From Selaginella moellendorffii (Eukaryota > Plantae > Lycopodiophyta), in contig NW_003314264.1 in the NCBI RefSeq assembly GCF_000143415.4, positions 3,647,229 to 3,711,228 on the forward strand: a DNA stretch of 64,000 bases, written 5' to 3'. A program made the position numbers and the translations under genes. Within the stretch, counting starts at the first letter, position 1; each line of letters starts with the position of its first letter. The notes beneath the pieces were generated by a model that was given only the letters and a program-made list of their open reading frames with translations, had not been told where the DNA came from and ran no database searches. This document shows positions 62,820 through 64,000 of the stretch, piece by piece.

Positions 62820-63021
62820 CTTCACAAATTTTTCTCCTCAACGTTTCACAATGAGGAAGCTGAGAGTGAATAAAAAATAAAGCGTCAAGTCAAGCGCGAC
62901 AAATCGCTGAATTCATCATTCCACAAATGTTGACTCACCTTTATTGGACAGCTGGCCACTAGGAAGCAAAGTCCGATCAAGCTTTTGAAAAATGTTGAGA
63001 AAGTTTCATACCATAACGATG

Positions 63022-64000
63022 TTACCAGTAATCTTTGCACGAACAGCGTCCGTCCTTAAAGTTGTGGAACCGATGAGTATCCCTCACCAAAATCTCGCGA
63101 CCCCTGAGCTTGGAGATATACTTGGTGGCTGTGTGACAATCCGAGCACACTCTGAGGTTCTTGATAACTCGAAGAGGCGTTCCCGGAGGCGTACTGATGA
63201 GGCCAAACGCAATGGCCAATCGCTCGCTGTGATAAAAAAGCATGTCTTCCTTCCGCTCGTCTTCGACATCGTGCAGGATCATCTTAGTGTCAGGGATATA
63301 TCCCGCGGCTCTCATCTCTGAGTTTAGAACGTCCAGCTCTGCGTATATAGGATGACGCCGTGGATGGGACCTATCTCCCTCCAAAAACTCATGCACCCTG
63401 TTGAGAATCTCGATTGATGAACGACCTGGTTCTTTTTTCACGCCACGGCTACGCATCAATTTTCTCATTCTGTTGACACCGTCCCAGTCACCAGCTGCTG
63501 CATAAACGTTCGACAGAACCACGTAAGCTCCAGAATGGCTTGGATCGCGCTCAAGAACTTGCTCGGCTGCGGCTTTAGCTTGATCCGTCTTGTTGTGTGT
63601 CCGGCAGGCTCCAAGAAGTGTCATCCACAAGATGCCGTCTGGAAGACATCCCGAAAGCTTCAAGACGATATCTACTGCTTCCTGTATCCTCCCTGCCCTT
63701 CCCAAGAGGTCGACGACGCACCCATAGAGTTCTGGTGTTGGAGTAATGCTGAAATCTTGGAGCATAGCCACGAAATACTGATAACCATCTGTAACCGATC
63801 CGGAGTGACTTAATGCCGAGAGCACGCTCACGAAGCTCACTGCGTCTGCCTTCACACCATCTAGCTGCATCTGGTTGAAAAGCTGCAGAGTCTCGTCGTA
63901 ATACCCGTGTTGGGCATACGCCCCGAGCATAGAGTTCCAAACGAGTATGTCTCTCTTCGCCATCTTCTCGAAGACACTCATTGCCTCCGCCATTTTCCCG
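63022..64000 (-). CDS. DYW-class PPR protein (RNA-editing factor family); 5' end beyond window
   Basis: KKEPGRSSIE; HSERLAIAFGLISTPPGTPLRVIKNLRVCSDCH; terminal CSCKDYW. Confidence 0.96.
   Translation of the reverse strand, partial: GKMAEAMSVFEKMAKRDILVWNSMLGAYAQHGYYDETLQLFNQMQLDGVKADAVSFVSVLSALSHSGSVTDGYQYFVAMLQDFSITPTPELYGCVVDLLGRAGRIQEAVDIVLKLSGCLPDGILWMTLLGACRTHNKTDQAKAAAEQVLERDPSHSGAYVVLSNVYAAAGDWDGVNRMRKLMRSRGVKKEPGRSSIEILNRVHEFLEGDRSHPRRHPIYAELDVLNSEMRAAGYIPDTKMILHDVEDERKEDMLFYHSERLAIAFGLISTPPGTPLRVIKNLRVCSDCHTATKYISKLRGREILVRDTHRFHNFKDGRCSCKDYW

Overview
Plant genomic DNA, most likely a lycophyte such as Selaginella (inferred from ~50-nt introns, PLS/DYW PPR genes, TTTAGGG tracts and a Tcn1/Tf1-type chromovirus; not verified). 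1-1.6 kb holds the 3' part of a coiled-coil gene. About 1.7-48.5 kb is a transposon island with a nest of Ty3/gypsy elements, each later one inserted in an earlier LTR with readable 5-bp TSDs. The nest includes a self-priming chromovirus lacking RT, a gag-only element, and 5S-carrying Cassandra-type TRIM LTRs. The island also contains a 21.2-kb TIR DNA transposon (26143-47357; ~13.5 kb without a nested LARD). 48.7-64 kb is gene-rich: a PPR gene, a DUF3475/DUF668 gene, three tandem BAT1-like permeases and a DYW-PPR gene. Best candidate for a new system: the TIR element encodes a Sola-like DDD transposase and, divergently, a multi-exon cargo gene resembling ParB/Srx + degenerate N6/N4-methyltransferase + FCP1-like HAD phosphatase. 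It carries more than 25 copies of a 22-bp palindrome (ATGGCRTG-N6-CAYGCCAT) from end to end, including inside introns and coding linkers, which suggests a self-recognition system (parS-like or VANC-like). Second highlight: a gag-only LTR element and a Cassandra TRIM joined head-to-head through (TTTAGGG)4 inside one TSD. All domain calls come from reading motifs by eye; no searches were run.
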